Source of the DNA: an uncultured Bacilli bacterium | Lineage (GTDB): Bacteria > Bacillota_I > Bacilli_A > RF39 > UBA660 | Assembly: GCA_934096945.1 (NCBI GenBank) | Contig: CAKOND010000001.1 | Coordinates: 72,048-136,047 of the forward strand | DNA: 64,000 nt | Direction: 5' to 3' | Part shown: positions 1 through 9,616 of the stretch, piece by piece | Layout: each line of letters opens with the position of its first letter | Numbering within the stretch: position 1 is the stretch's first letter | Position numbers and translations under genes: made by a program | Notes under the pieces: generated by a model | Database searches by the model: none | Told to the model about the DNA's origin: nothing | Seen by the model: the letters and a program-made list of their open reading frames with translations, nothing else

Positions 1-2157
1 CATAAACACTACTTTGATATTTTTATTATATGCAGCAACTAACTTTTCTTTGAGTCCTCCAATTTTCAAAACATTTCCATTTAAAGATATTTCACCTGTA
101 AAGGCACAATTACTAGGAACTTTCTTTCCTTCCTTTAAACTACATAAGGCAGCAGCTATAGCAAGACCTGCAGATGGCCCATCTTTTTTACTTGATGCGT
201 CTAAAAAATGAATATGCAAATCTTCATTGTGAAAATTATACTTATATTTACTTTTAAGCATACTTATTACTACTTCAATACTTTCTTTTAGAATATTTCC
301 TGTATTACCTGTAATAATTAATTTGTCACTACCTTTACATACCAAAACTTCTAGTTTAGATAATTCTCCGCCTACACTAGATACTGCCAAAGTATTAACT
401 GTACCAACTTCATTAATTTCTTCCTCATTTATTTTGTATTTTGGACTTCCAAGTAGTCTTACTACTCTTTCTTCATTTAAAACTTTAACATTATTGATAG
501 TTATTTTTCTAGCAAGTGATGATAAAACTCGTTCTAAATCTCTAACTCCGGCTTCAGAAGTATAATTATTTATAATAAAACATAAAAGTTCATCACTAAA
601 TTTAATTTTACTATCAAATACCATATTATCAAGAAGTATTTTAGGAAGCATATAGTTTTTAGCTATATCTTTCTTTTCAAAAACAGTATAACTACTTAAA
701 TTTATAACTTCTACTCTATCCAATATGGCTGTTGGTATATTTTCAGCATTATTTGCAGTTAATATAAACAAAACATTACTTAAATCAAATGGCTCTTCAA
801 TATAGTTATCTGTAAATATCTTATTTTGATTTGGATCTAATATTTCTAAAAGAGTTGCAGCTGGGTCACCTTTATAATCTTTAACCATTTTATCAACTTC
901 ATCAATTAATATTACAGGATTATTACTTCCACATTTATAAAGTCCTTGGATTATTTTACCTGGTGCAGATGCTAAATATGTTCTTCTAGTACCCACAAGT
1001 TCAGTTGAGTCATTTAAACCTCCAACACTTATTTTGTAAAAATCCCTATTTAAAGCTTTAGCAATTGACATAGCTATAGTTGTTTTACCTACTCCAGGAG
1101 GACCTACTAAACAAATAATTGGACTTGTAATATTACGATTTAAATTTTTTATAGCTATATATTCACTAATTCTAGTTTTAATTTCATTCATGCCAAAATG
1201 AGATTTATCAAGTTCTTTATATACTTGATCAAAATTAGCAGTTTCTTTTTTTGTTTTATTCCAAGGCAAATTTATAATCCAGTCTAAATAATTATGCATC
1301 ACGCTTACTTCAGGACTTGCCTCATTCATTATTTCATATTTATCTATTTCATGACTAATATGCATCTTTATTTTTTTATCTATTTTTAATTTTTCTAATG
1401 CTTTTCTATATTCTAAAACTTCTTCATTTTTCCATGAATCTTCTCCAAGTTCTTTTTTTAATACTTTCATCTTTTCTTTTAGAATATATTCTCTTTGATC
1501 ATTTTGAAATGACTCATCAACTTTTTCTTCAAGTTCATTATCAAGTTCTGCAACTTTAATTTCTTCATACATATCCTTAATCAAAGATTTAGCTCTTTTT
1601 ATAGGATTAATTTCTTCCATATATTCAAGCTTTTTAGTTATATTAAATGGTAAAAAAGATGTAATAGCATCAGTAATTTTATTTAAATCTTTATTGTTTG
1701 ACACAAAAGTTAATATATCATTTGATACAGTTTTAGATACATTTATATATTCTTTTAAGACACCTACTAATTTTTTTAATATAGCATTTTCTTCTTCAGG
1801 TATTAAAGATGGTAAATCTATATACATTACTTCACTAAATAAAATATCACTATTAAGTTCTTGAAAGTATTTACTTACAGCAACTCTACGTAAACCTCTT
1901 AATTTTACTTCAATAACACCATCATTATCAAGTTTATTTTTTATACGAGCGATAACACCAACTTTAGGTAAGTCTTGTGCAGTAGGTTCTTCTTCCAAAA
2001 CATCCATCGGAGCTATAACAAGAATTTCCCCTTTAAAATTACTACTTGCTTCATTTATAGCTTTGCCACTAATAACATTTTTAAGTTCAAGTTTTATCTC
2101 TTGATTAGGAAGTATCACTAAATTCTTAAGTAAAATGACGGGAATATTAAATGTCAT
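1..2157 (-). CDS. lon: ATP-dependent Lon protease (first ~719 codons; C-terminus lies beyond the window start)
   Basis: Absent from the ORF track because it runs off the edge. My reverse-strand translation from the ATG at 2155-2157 reads MTFNIPVILLKNLVILPNQEIKLELKN. Later it shows LVGPPGVGKTT (Walker A, ~1090-1120) and KKDGPSAGLAIAAAL (Lon catalytic Ser motif, ~160-190). Confidence 0.9.
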   Translation of the reverse strand, partial: MTFNIPVILLKNLVILPNQEIKLELKNVISGKAINEASSNFKGEILVIAPMDVLEEEPTAQDLPKVGVIARIKNKLDNDGVIEVKLRGLRRVAVSKYFQELNSDILFSEVMYIDLPSLIPEEENAILKKLVGVLKEYINVSKTVSNDILTFVSNNKDLNKITDAITSFLPFNITKKLEYMEEINPIKRAKSLIKDMYEEIKVAELDNELEEKVDESFQNDQREYILKEKMKVLKKELGEDSWKNEEVLEYRKALEKLKIDKKIKMHISHEIDKYEIMNEASPEVSVMHNYLDWIINLPWNKTKKETANFDQVYKELDKSHFGMNEIKTRISEYIAIKNLNRNITSPIICLVGPPGVGKTTIAMSIAKALNRDFYKISVGGLNDSTELVGTRRTYLASAPGKIIQGLYKCGSNNPVILIDEVDKMVKDYKGDPAATLLEILDPNQNKIFTDNYIEEPFDLSNVLFILTANNAENIPTAILDRVEVINLSSYTVFEKKDIAKNYMLPKILLDNMVFDSKIKFSDELLCFIINNYTSEAGVRDLERVLSSLARKITINNVKVLNEERVVRLLGSPKYKINEEEINEVGTVNTLAVSSVGGELSKLEVLVCKGSDKLIITGNTGNILKESIEVVISMLKSKYKYNFHNEDLHIHFLDASSKKDGPSAGLAIAAALCSLKEGKKVPSNCAFTGEISLNGNVLKIGGLKEKLVAAYNKNIKVVFM

Positions 2158-2269
2158 AAAACACCTCCTAAACTTAAATGTTATTATACCCAAATCAGAC
2201 TATTTTGTAAAGTAAAATCACACCATTTTTTTTATTTCATAAAATATTATTGAAAATAAAGGAGCGAAT

Positions 2270-3064
2270 ATGATTAATTGGTATATTAATTTAAATTATC
2301 CATGGCAGGCACTTGTTGCTACAATGTTTACTTGGGCTATTACTTCACTGGGATCAGCTGTTGTATTTTTCTTTAAAAAGGTAAATAAAAACACAATGGA
2401 TGCGATGCTTGCTTTATCTGCAGGTGTTATGCTAGCTGCTACATTTTGGAGTCTTTTATCTCCAGCAATTGAAATGGCAAATTCTCTAAAATTAATCTCT
2501 TGGTTAGTTGTATCTTTTGGAGTTCTACTGGGAGGATTACTTTTATTTGTCGGGGATAAAATATTTGATAAACTTACAACAAAAAAAGAAAACTCAAGTA
2601 GTTTAAAAAGAAGTTTAATGCTTATTTTCTCAATTACCTTACACAATATTCCTGAAGGTATGGCTATCGGGGTGGCCTTTGGTTCTGTTGCATACAATTT
2701 AGATGGAGCAACACTTGCAGCAGCAGTTATGCTTGCAATTGGTATTGGCATTCAAAATTTTCCCGAAGGTTCCGCAGTTTCATTACCACTTAGACGTGAA
2801 GGCATGAGTCCTAAAAAAGCATTTTTCTTTGGAGCCCTTAGTGGTATTGTTGAACCAATATCTGCTGTAATCGGAGCAATACTTGTTCTAAAAATGCAAA
2901 TACTACTTCCAATTTTACTTTCATTTGCTGGGGGCGCTATGATATATGTTGTGGTCCAAGAACTAATACCCGAAAGTCAAACAAATGAAAAAAAAGACCT
3001 CATGGCCCTATTTACAATACTTGGATTTTTACTTATGATGATATTTGATGTTGCACTTGGATAA
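2270..3064 (+). CDS. ZIP-family divalent metal (zinc) transporter
   Basis: 264-aa polytopic membrane ORF with LHNIPEGMAIG and GIGIQNFPEGSAV motifs typical of ZupT/GufA-like ZIP permeases. AGGAG RBS upstream. Confidence 0.8.
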   Translation: MINWYINLNYPWQALVATMFTWAITSLGSAVVFFFKKVNKNTMDAMLALSAGVMLAATFWSLLSPAIEMANSLKLISWLVVSFGVLLGGLLLFVGDKIFDKLTTKKENSSSLKRSLMLIFSITLHNIPEGMAIGVAFGSVAYNLDGATLAAAVMLAIGIGIQNFPEGSAVSLPLRREGMSPKKAFFFGALSGIVEPISAVIGAILVLKMQILLPILLSFAGGAMIYVVVQELIPESQTNEKKDLMALFTILGFLLMMIFDVALG

Positions 3065-3067
3065 CAT

Positions 3068-3107
3068 GTTAAAAGCTAGGAACCTCCTAGCTTTTAACAC
3101 TCTTTTA
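3068..3107 (+). terminator. Hairpin terminator after the ZIP gene
   Basis: Perfect 12-bp stem TTAAAAGCTAGG / CCTAGCTTTTAA (3069-3080, 3086-3097) with a 5-nt loop. The downstream T tract is only moderate. Confidence 0.55.
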
Positions 3108-3154
3108 GTAATAATTCTTTTATTGATATTAATTATTATTAAATTAGTATAAAT

Positions 3155-3270
3155 GAAGGACACTAGCCATTAGGTATAGTATCCTTCAAAAAATCAAAAA
3201 TCTTGTAGTCGCTACCCACTTTCTTGGGTAACCTTACATTTAGATTATATCCAATTTTTATATAAATTTT
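3155..3270. repeat. Copy A of a ~115-nt dispersed intergenic element (candidate structured RNA)
   Basis: Aligns by eye over its whole length with 25492-25607. Contains hairpin TACCCA-ctttct-TGGGTA (3213-3230). Confidence 0.6.
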
Positions 3271-3300
3271 GAACAACATTATTAAATTAGTAGAAAGTCT

Positions 3301-4245
3301 TTATATTTCAAACAAAAATTTATTTTTGCATATTAGCTCATATGCAGGTTTTAATATTAATTCATATCTTTTATTAAGTATTATTTTATAAAATTTTTTT
3401 CTTAGGTCTGAAATACAGGAAATTCCATCTATTAAATTTTCAATTTTTTTCATATCTATCTTTGGAAATATATCAAATAAAGCTTTACTACAATCATCAC
3501 TTTCAAAAGAATTAATATAAAAGTACGGATTTATTTTAATTTTTCTTTTTAATGCAGAATTTGGAAAAACAAATACTCTTTTTTCTATTTCATTTTCATC
3601 ACTTAAAATGTTATTTATTTTTTCATCTTCTGATTTTGGATATAAACAAGAGGCACAATCAAATACTGGAGCTATTTCAACTTCATTGGTATCATTATTT
3701 ATTAGAAATCCCCAGTTGCCATTATGACGATCAAAATTTCCTACGAAAGAGTCAACTATAAACATTTGCCAAAAAAACTTTTTTAAAATAGCCTTATTAT
3801 ATAAAGTTTGTTCATCAATTACTGTTAACACATCAGATAAATCTGTTCCGAATCCCAGTTTACTACTACTTATAATTGAATTTTTTAATGAAGCAAAATC
3901 ATAAAATTTTTTATTTGGTTCAGTAAAATCTTTACAAGCCACTACTAAATGATTCTTTTCACTAAAATATGTTCCAAGTAGAGTTTCTTGAGTTTTAAAC
4001 CCTAGTAAGCTAAAAATATGGCAAGCAATATATTCACTTATTACACTACTTGTATATTGTCCTTTACAATCTTTTGATGAAAATTTAAGTAAATATTTTT
4101 GATTATTATATAATATTCCTATCTTAGAGCCATTAGATCCACCATATAACTTTGTATTTAATCTTGTACAATTTGAAAAGTCAATTAAAGCCATAAATAA
4201 ACACCTCATGATAACTATATCATAAAGTGTTTTTTTTAGCAACAT
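3301..4245 (-). CDS. HipA-like Ser/Thr kinase-fold protein (HipA C-terminal domain type)
   Basis: 314 aa with catalytic-loop-like FVGNFDRHNGNWGFL (D-x-H-x-x-N). Its start overlaps the upstream ABC stop as TAATG. Confidence 0.65.
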   Translation of the reverse strand: MLLKKTLYDIVIMRCLFMALIDFSNCTRLNTKLYGGSNGSKIGILYNNQKYLLKFSSKDCKGQYTSSVISEYIACHIFSLLGFKTQETLLGTYFSEKNHLVVACKDFTEPNKKFYDFASLKNSIISSSKLGFGTDLSDVLTVIDEQTLYNKAILKKFFWQMFIVDSFVGNFDRHNGNWGFLINNDTNEVEIAPVFDCASCLYPKSEDEKINNILSDENEIEKRVFVFPNSALKRKIKINPYFYINSFESDDCSKALFDIFPKIDMKKIENLIDGISCISDLRKKFYKIILNKRYELILKPAYELICKNKFLFEI

Positions 4246-5969
4246 TATTCTTCATTTTCGTATAAAGTTTTATATATTTTATTTTTTATAAGTAATGATT
4301 TATGAGTTCCTTCATCCACCACTTTACCACCATCTATTAGATAAATAATGTCGGCATCAATAATAGTTGATAATCTATGGGCTACGATTATAATTGTATG
4401 ATTTTTAACTAAATTATCAATTGCTTTTTTTATCTTAGCTTGATTTTCATTATCTAAAGCACTTGTTGCTTCATCAAATAAAATTATTTTGCTATCTTTA
4501 AGCAATGCTCTAGCAATAGCAAGTCTTTGTTTTTGGCCACCAGATAGATTAATGCCACCTTCACCAATCATCGTGTCATACTTTTTAGGAAGACCCATAA
4601 TGTAATCATCTATTTCAGCAAGCTTGCAAGCATTTCTAATTTTCTTTAGGGACATATATGGATCAATTATTTTTAAATTTTCAAGTATAGTTTTATTAAA
4701 TATAAATGGTTCCTGACGAATTATAGCAATATTTTGTCTTAAGGCATCTTCAGTAAAATCTTTAATTGGCAAATCATCAATTAATATAACCCCACTATCA
4801 ACATCAAAATATCTTAAAAGCAAATTAAATATGCTACTCTTCCCTTGCCCACTTTTACCAACAATGGCTATCTTTTTACCTGTTGGTATTTTAATATTAA
4901 ATTCTTTAAATATTTCTTTTTCTTCATTCGGATACTTAAATGTTACATTTTTAAATTCAATATTTCCTTCAACATCAGTTTTTGTAACGTTTCCAAATAT
5001 TTCATCTTTATATAGCTTATTATCTAAAATTTCATTTATTCTTTCCATCGAAACTTTCATTTTTTGATAACTTGAAGATAAATTTGTCATAAGTTCTATA
5101 GTGTTCATAAATCTATAAACATAATAAGTCATGGCCATGAAAAAGGCAAAAGTACCGGTTCCATTTATAATAAGTAATATACATGTTGCAAAGATAACAA
5201 ACTCTAAAATTGTATTCAAATTATAAACCCAAGCATTATAGTTTTTCTCTGTAATCATTTGTTTATTTATTTTAAAGTACGTATTCCTCACTAAATTTTT
5301 AAAATTATTATTCATACTTTTTCTAATACCTAAGGCTCTAATTTCTCTGATGCCTCTAATATTTTCAGAAACATTTGCAACTGCTACATCCTTTTGTTTA
5401 TTTATTTCTTTTTGATCTTCTTTTATGCTTGGTAAATATTTATTAGATATAAAATAAAATAATACTAAATATACAATAACTTCCAAAGCAACTAATATAG
5501 AGTTAAAACAAATATAGACAAAAACTATCAACGATGTAAATAATGATATAACAATTCTTAAAACTTGCCTAAATGAATCAGATATTGTTGATGCATCACT
5601 TGTTATACGATTTATAAATTCTCCGCTTGATTTTTCTTCAAAAGCTCTAGCTGGTAACATTCCTACTTTCTCATAAACAGCTACGCCTATTTTTTCCATC
5701 ATGTTATTTGCACATTTTTCCATGTAAATCTTACCATATCTATCAAATATAAGATTATCAATTAAGCTTATGATAAAGATTGAAAATAAAATGGCTATGG
5801 CTACAGCAAAAGAACTACTACTTGCTTTATCTATTGCAAGACCTATTAAATATCCGTAAATTGTTCCAACTAGTGATGTCGCTAAAAGGAGAAAAAAAGA
5901 TTTGATAAAAAGTCTTTTTTCATCTTTAAAATACCTTTTAAAAAATCTTATCATATCTTTAAACTTCAT
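4245..5969 (-). CDS. Fused TMD-NBD ABC exporter (MsbA/MdlB-like)
   Basis: 574 aa with an N-terminal six-helix-type hydrophobic domain, Walker A GKSGQGKSS, signature LSGGQKQRLAIARAL and Walker B ILFDEATSALD. Confidence 0.85.
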   Translation of the reverse strand: MKFKDMIRFFKRYFKDEKRLFIKSFFLLLATSLVGTIYGYLIGLAIDKASSSSFAVAIAILFSIFIISLIDNLIFDRYGKIYMEKCANNMMEKIGVAVYEKVGMLPARAFEEKSSGEFINRITSDASTISDSFRQVLRIVISLFTSLIVFVYICFNSILVALEVIVYLVLFYFISNKYLPSIKEDQKEINKQKDVAVANVSENIRGIREIRALGIRKSMNNNFKNLVRNTYFKINKQMITEKNYNAWVYNLNTILEFVIFATCILLIINGTGTFAFFMAMTYYVYRFMNTIELMTNLSSSYQKMKVSMERINEILDNKLYKDEIFGNVTKTDVEGNIEFKNVTFKYPNEEKEIFKEFNIKIPTGKKIAIVGKSGQGKSSIFNLLLRYFDVDSGVILIDDLPIKDFTEDALRQNIAIIRQEPFIFNKTILENLKIIDPYMSLKKIRNACKLAEIDDYIMGLPKKYDTMIGEGGINLSGGQKQRLAIARALLKDSKIILFDEATSALDNENQAKIKKAIDNLVKNHTIIIVAHRLSTIIDADIIYLIDGGKVVDEGTHKSLLIKNKIYKTLYENEE

Positions 5970-5971
5970 AA

Positions 5972-8521
5972 CTATTCACCCTTTTTAATCTTTTGTTTTA
6001 AATCAAATAATATATTAAGTGCATCCATTGGTGTTGTATTTAAAACATCTATTTTATCTATTGTCTCTTTAATTATATCATCTTTTTTTACATTTGTCTC
6101 AAAATTCATTGCAAGTTGAACTTTTTCTTCAGGGTTTTTCTTTTTAGAATTACTTTCATACTCACTTAATATTTCCTCTGCTCTATTCAAAAGTTCTTCA
6201 GGCATTTTAGCAAGTCTTGCAACATGAATACCATAACTCTTATCCACAGCTCCATTTTTTACCTTATGTAAAAATGTTATTTGATTACCATTTTCAACAG
6301 CACTTACGTGTACATTTTTAATATTATTATATTTTTTAGAAAGATTAGTAAGTTCATGATAATGTGTTGAAAATAATGTAAAAGCCCCAATGTTTTCACT
6401 AATATATTCAAGGATTGCTTGAGCCAAACTCATACCATCATATGTTGCTGTACCACGACCTAGCTCATCAAATAAAATTAAACTATTTTCTGTTGCACCA
6501 TCAATAGCATTTCTAGCTTCTTTCATTTCTACCATAAATGTCGACTCACCACTTACTAAGTCATCTGATGCTCCGATACGAGTAAATATTTTATCAATAA
6601 CTGGAAGTGTTGCAGCTTCACATGGAACAAAAGAACCCATCTGAGCCATAATTACAATAATTGCCAGTTGCCTCATAAATGTTGATTTACCACTCATGTT
6701 TGGTCCAGTTATAAGTAAAGTGTTTATGCCATTATCCATTACACAATCATTTGGTACATATTCGGATTTACTTACAGCTTCTACAACTGGATGTCTACCA
6801 TTTTTAATATCTATTATATGGTCATTTGTAAGAATAGGTCTTACTAACCTATATTCTTCACTACAAACAGAAAGTGATGTTAAAGCATCTATTTCACTTA
6901 AAGCATCAGCTGTTTTATTTAAACTAGGCACTTCTTTTTTAACTATTTCCTTTATATCACAAAATAATTTATATTCTAAATCAATAATATTTTCTTCAGC
7001 ATTAAGTATCATGCTTTCTTTTTCCTTTAAAGCTGGTGATATATATCTTTCACAATTAGTAAGGGTTTGCCTTCTTTCCCAATGATATTCATCTTTTACT
7101 AAATTTTTACTTCCATTTGGTATTTCGATAAAATAACCAAATACTTTATTAAATCCTACTTTTAAGCTTTTTATTCCTGTTTCTTCTTTTACTTTAGCTT
7201 CAAAAGCTGCTACAAAGTCTTTTCCCCCACTACGAATTTCCCTGAGCTCATCAAGTTCACTATTAAATCCAGTTTTTATCATATAACCTTCTTTAATAGA
7301 TATTGGTGGTTCTTCTACTAAAGATTTTTCTAGAAGTTCAAATATTTTTTCATGAATATCAATATCATAATCAAAACCAAGCTTTTCTATTATTTTCTTT
7401 ATTTCAGGTAAAACACTGATACTTTTTTTTAGCTGTATTAAATCTCTAGCATTTAAAGAACCATTTATTACTTTACCAGATAATCTTTCAATATCATAAA
7501 CTTCATATAATAGATTTTTAAGTTCATCTTTTAATATAAATTCATTATTTAACTTTTCTATTTTATCGTATCTGGCATTAATAGCATCTTTATTTTTTAA
7601 AGGATTTAGCATCCAACTTTTAAGTTTACGACTTCCCATGGCAGTTTTACATTTATCTAAAAGCCATATTAAAGAATATGTTCTTTCTTTAAGTCTAAGA
7701 GTTTCCACTAGTTCTAGATTACGAATACTATGAATATCCATTTCAAGATAATCATTTTTCTTAATATAATTTATTTTATTAATATGGCTTAAATCTTTAA
7801 GTTGGCGTTTATCAAGATAATAAAATAAATGAGCAACACCACTTTTAACTCTAGCATCACTTATTGTGCTAAATAAATATTCGTATTTATCCCACAAAAA
7901 CTCATGACTTATCGTAACTTCAATGTTATATGTATTTTTAAGTAAATCAATTAATGCGGTATTTAAATTATCTACAAAAATAACTTCTTTTAAATTAAGT
8001 CCAAGTATCTCATTAATTAATGTTTCTTCTTTATTTTCTATAGACATACTTGCAAGATATCCAGTTGAAATATCAAGAATTGTTAATAAAATACTATCAT
8101 TAAAAAATAATATACTTGCTATATAAGATGCATCTTTATCATTTAAAAGATCATTATCAGCAATTGTACCTTTACTAATTACATCAACTATTCCTCTTTT
8201 AACCATACCTTTAACTACTTTTGGGTCTTCAAGTTGTTCGCATATTGCTACTCTATAACCTTTATTAACTAACTTTTCTATATAAGGTTTAACATTATTA
8301 TGAGGAACACCACACATTGGTACTCTTTCTTCAAGTCCAGCAACTCTGCCTGTTAAAGTAAGCTCTAGTTCCCGCGATGCAATTAAAGCATCATCAAAAA
8401 ACATTTCATAAAAGTCACCAAGACGATAAAAAACAAGTTCTTCTTTATATTGGTCTTTAATTTCCATGTATTGAGCCATCATTGGACTTAATTTTGTTCT
8501 ATCTACTTCACATAATTTCAT
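5972..8521 (-). CDS. mutS: DNA mismatch repair protein MutS
   Basis: LSPMMAQYMEIKDQY N-terminus, GPNMSGKSTFMRQ Walker A and STFMVEM. I chose the start MKLCEVD at 8521 (AGAGG RBS). The longer track ORF start at 8554 lies inside a TGTTATAAT extended -10. Confidence 0.95.
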   Translation of the reverse strand: MKLCEVDRTKLSPMMAQYMEIKDQYKEELVFYRLGDFYEMFFDDALIASRELELTLTGRVAGLEERVPMCGVPHNNVKPYIEKLVNKGYRVAICEQLEDPKVVKGMVKRGIVDVISKGTIADNDLLNDKDASYIASILFFNDSILLTILDISTGYLASMSIENKEETLINEILGLNLKEVIFVDNLNTALIDLLKNTYNIEVTISHEFLWDKYEYLFSTISDARVKSGVAHLFYYLDKRQLKDLSHINKINYIKKNDYLEMDIHSIRNLELVETLRLKERTYSLIWLLDKCKTAMGSRKLKSWMLNPLKNKDAINARYDKIEKLNNEFILKDELKNLLYEVYDIERLSGKVINGSLNARDLIQLKKSISVLPEIKKIIEKLGFDYDIDIHEKIFELLEKSLVEEPPISIKEGYMIKTGFNSELDELREIRSGGKDFVAAFEAKVKEETGIKSLKVGFNKVFGYFIEIPNGSKNLVKDEYHWERRQTLTNCERYISPALKEKESMILNAEENIIDLEYKLFCDIKEIVKKEVPSLNKTADALSEIDALTSLSVCSEEYRLVRPILTNDHIIDIKNGRHPVVEAVSKSEYVPNDCVMDNGINTLLITGPNMSGKSTFMRQLAIIVIMAQMGSFVPCEAATLPVIDKIFTRIGASDDLVSGESTFMVEMKEARNAIDGATENSLILFDELGRGTATYDGMSLAQAILEYISENIGAFTLFSTHYHELTNLSKKYNNIKNVHVSAVENGNQITFLHKVKNGAVDKSYGIHVARLAKMPEELLNRAEEILSEYESNSKKKNPEEKVQLAMNFETNVKKDDIIKETIDKIDVLNTTPMDALNILFDLKQKIKKGE

Positions 8522-8706
8522 ACTTAAAACCTCTGTCAAAATATTATAACACAAGCCTAATTTTTTTTAAAGAAAAAATACACAAAAATTCTTAAGAAAT
8601 TTAGCATATATATGCCATTATGATATCATTTTGATAAGTAGAAACTAACAGACTATACAAAATACTTTTAAAATATAAATTGTATTTATATCAAATTCAA
8701 AAAAAT

Positions 8707-8753
8707 CATCTGCCACTAAACAAATGTCAACTTAAACAATTTAGGCAGACATT
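8707..8753 (+). repeat. Intergenic motif copy R1 (CATCTGCCACTAaaCAAATGTCAA...TAGGCAGACAT)
   Basis: Repeated 180 nt downstream (R2). TCTGCC pairs with GGCAGA, and an internal ATGTC can pair with the 3' GACAT. Confidence 0.5.
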
Positions 8754-8886
8754 AAATTTTCCACCTAATAATAACTTATCCCCACATAAGAGGAATAAAG
8801 AAAAGAGTTTATGTAATTAAATTTCTTAACAGATTATGTATTATAATATTACTAATAGTCTTAATGCTATTAGTAATAAAAATAGA

Positions 8887-8933
8887 CATCTGCCACTAGG
8901 CAAATGTCAAACTATTTCATATAGGTAGACATT
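8887..8933 (+). repeat. Intergenic motif copy R2 (CATCTGCCACTAggCAAATGTCAA...TAGGTAGACAT)
   Basis: Same motif as R1. Its 3' GACAT overlaps the 5' arm of the terminator at 8928-8957. Confidence 0.5.
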
Positions 8934-8957
8934 CGAGATTCCGAATGTTCCTTTTTT
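8928..8957 (+). terminator. Plus-strand intrinsic terminator in the queH-mutS gap
   Basis: Stem ACATTCG-agattc-CGAATGT followed by TCCTTTTTT. Only the plus orientation has the U tract, yet both flanking genes are on the minus strand. Confidence 0.55.
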
Positions 8958-9019
8958 ATTATATGAAGATTTCTCTTCATGTATTCATTATACTAAAAAT
9001 TAATCAATAAATCAATAGG

Positions 9020-9616
9020 TTAATCTCTATTATTTTTGCCATATAAACACCCACAATAATCTTGGCGATATAAATTATATTTTTTAGCAAGTTCAACACT
9101 TTTTTTATAACCATCTTTTTTCTTAAAATCACTAAATAGATATTTTACATCATATTTATCTCCAATAATACCACCTAAAATATTTATTTGTTTACTATTT
9201 TTATGAGGACTTACAGTAAGTGTTGTGCCAAAATATTCAAAATCAAGTTCTTTAGCTTTTCTAGCAGTATATTGAAGTCTTACCCTAAAGCAAACCGGGC
9301 ATCTAGCTTTACCTTCTCTTTCATTTTCGAGTCCTTTAACATTTTCATGAAACACCTCATTTTCATAGTCACAATCTAAAAACTTAATATTATCATGTTT
9401 AAATTCCTTAATAAATCTTATTTGTTCATTTTTTCTCTTTAAATATTCTTCATAAGGTTCAATATTAGGATTATAATATAAAACCGTAATATTAAAATAC
9501 GGAGCCAAATACGATAAAACTTCCGTAGAACACGGGCCACAACAACTATGAAGAAGTAAATTTGGCTTATAATCAAGTGTTTTAATTAAATTATCTAATT
9601 CATTCCGATAATTCAT
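9020..9616 (-). CDS. queH: Epoxyqueuosine reductase QueH (DUF208 type)
   Basis: LLLHSCCGPCS, NPNIEPYEEY, RCPVCFRVRL and the terminal YRQDYCGCLYG are the QueH Cys motifs. Confidence 0.85.
   Translation of the reverse strand: MNYRNELDNLIKTLDYKPNLLLHSCCGPCSTEVLSYLAPYFNITVLYYNPNIEPYEEYLKRKNEQIRFIKEFKHDNIKFLDCDYENEVFHENVKGLENEREGKARCPVCFRVRLQYTARKAKELDFEYFGTTLTVSPHKNSKQINILGGIIGDKYDVKYLFSDFKKKDGYKKSVELAKKYNLYRQDYCGCLYGKNNRD

Noticed and set aside
14-565. Plus-strand track ORFs 14-211 and 323-565
   Set aside because: They are antisense to the clearly coding lon frame (Walker A and catalytic Ser motifs on the minus strand). They have low-complexity Ser/Leu/Phe composition and no RBS.
2296-2751. 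151-aa minus-strand ORF inside the ZIP transporter gene
   Set aside because: It lies entirely antisense to a well-supported membrane-transporter frame and has no RBS or motif. It is a shadow ORF.
8905-8915. Recurring AAATGTCAAAC / ATGTCAA strings (also ~22253 and 47406-47453), considered as one shared regulatory motif
   Set aside because: The core is the complement of the -35 consensus TTGACA, and such AT-rich 10-mers can be expected to recur by chance in this composition. Only the palindromic arrangement at 47386-47453 is reported.
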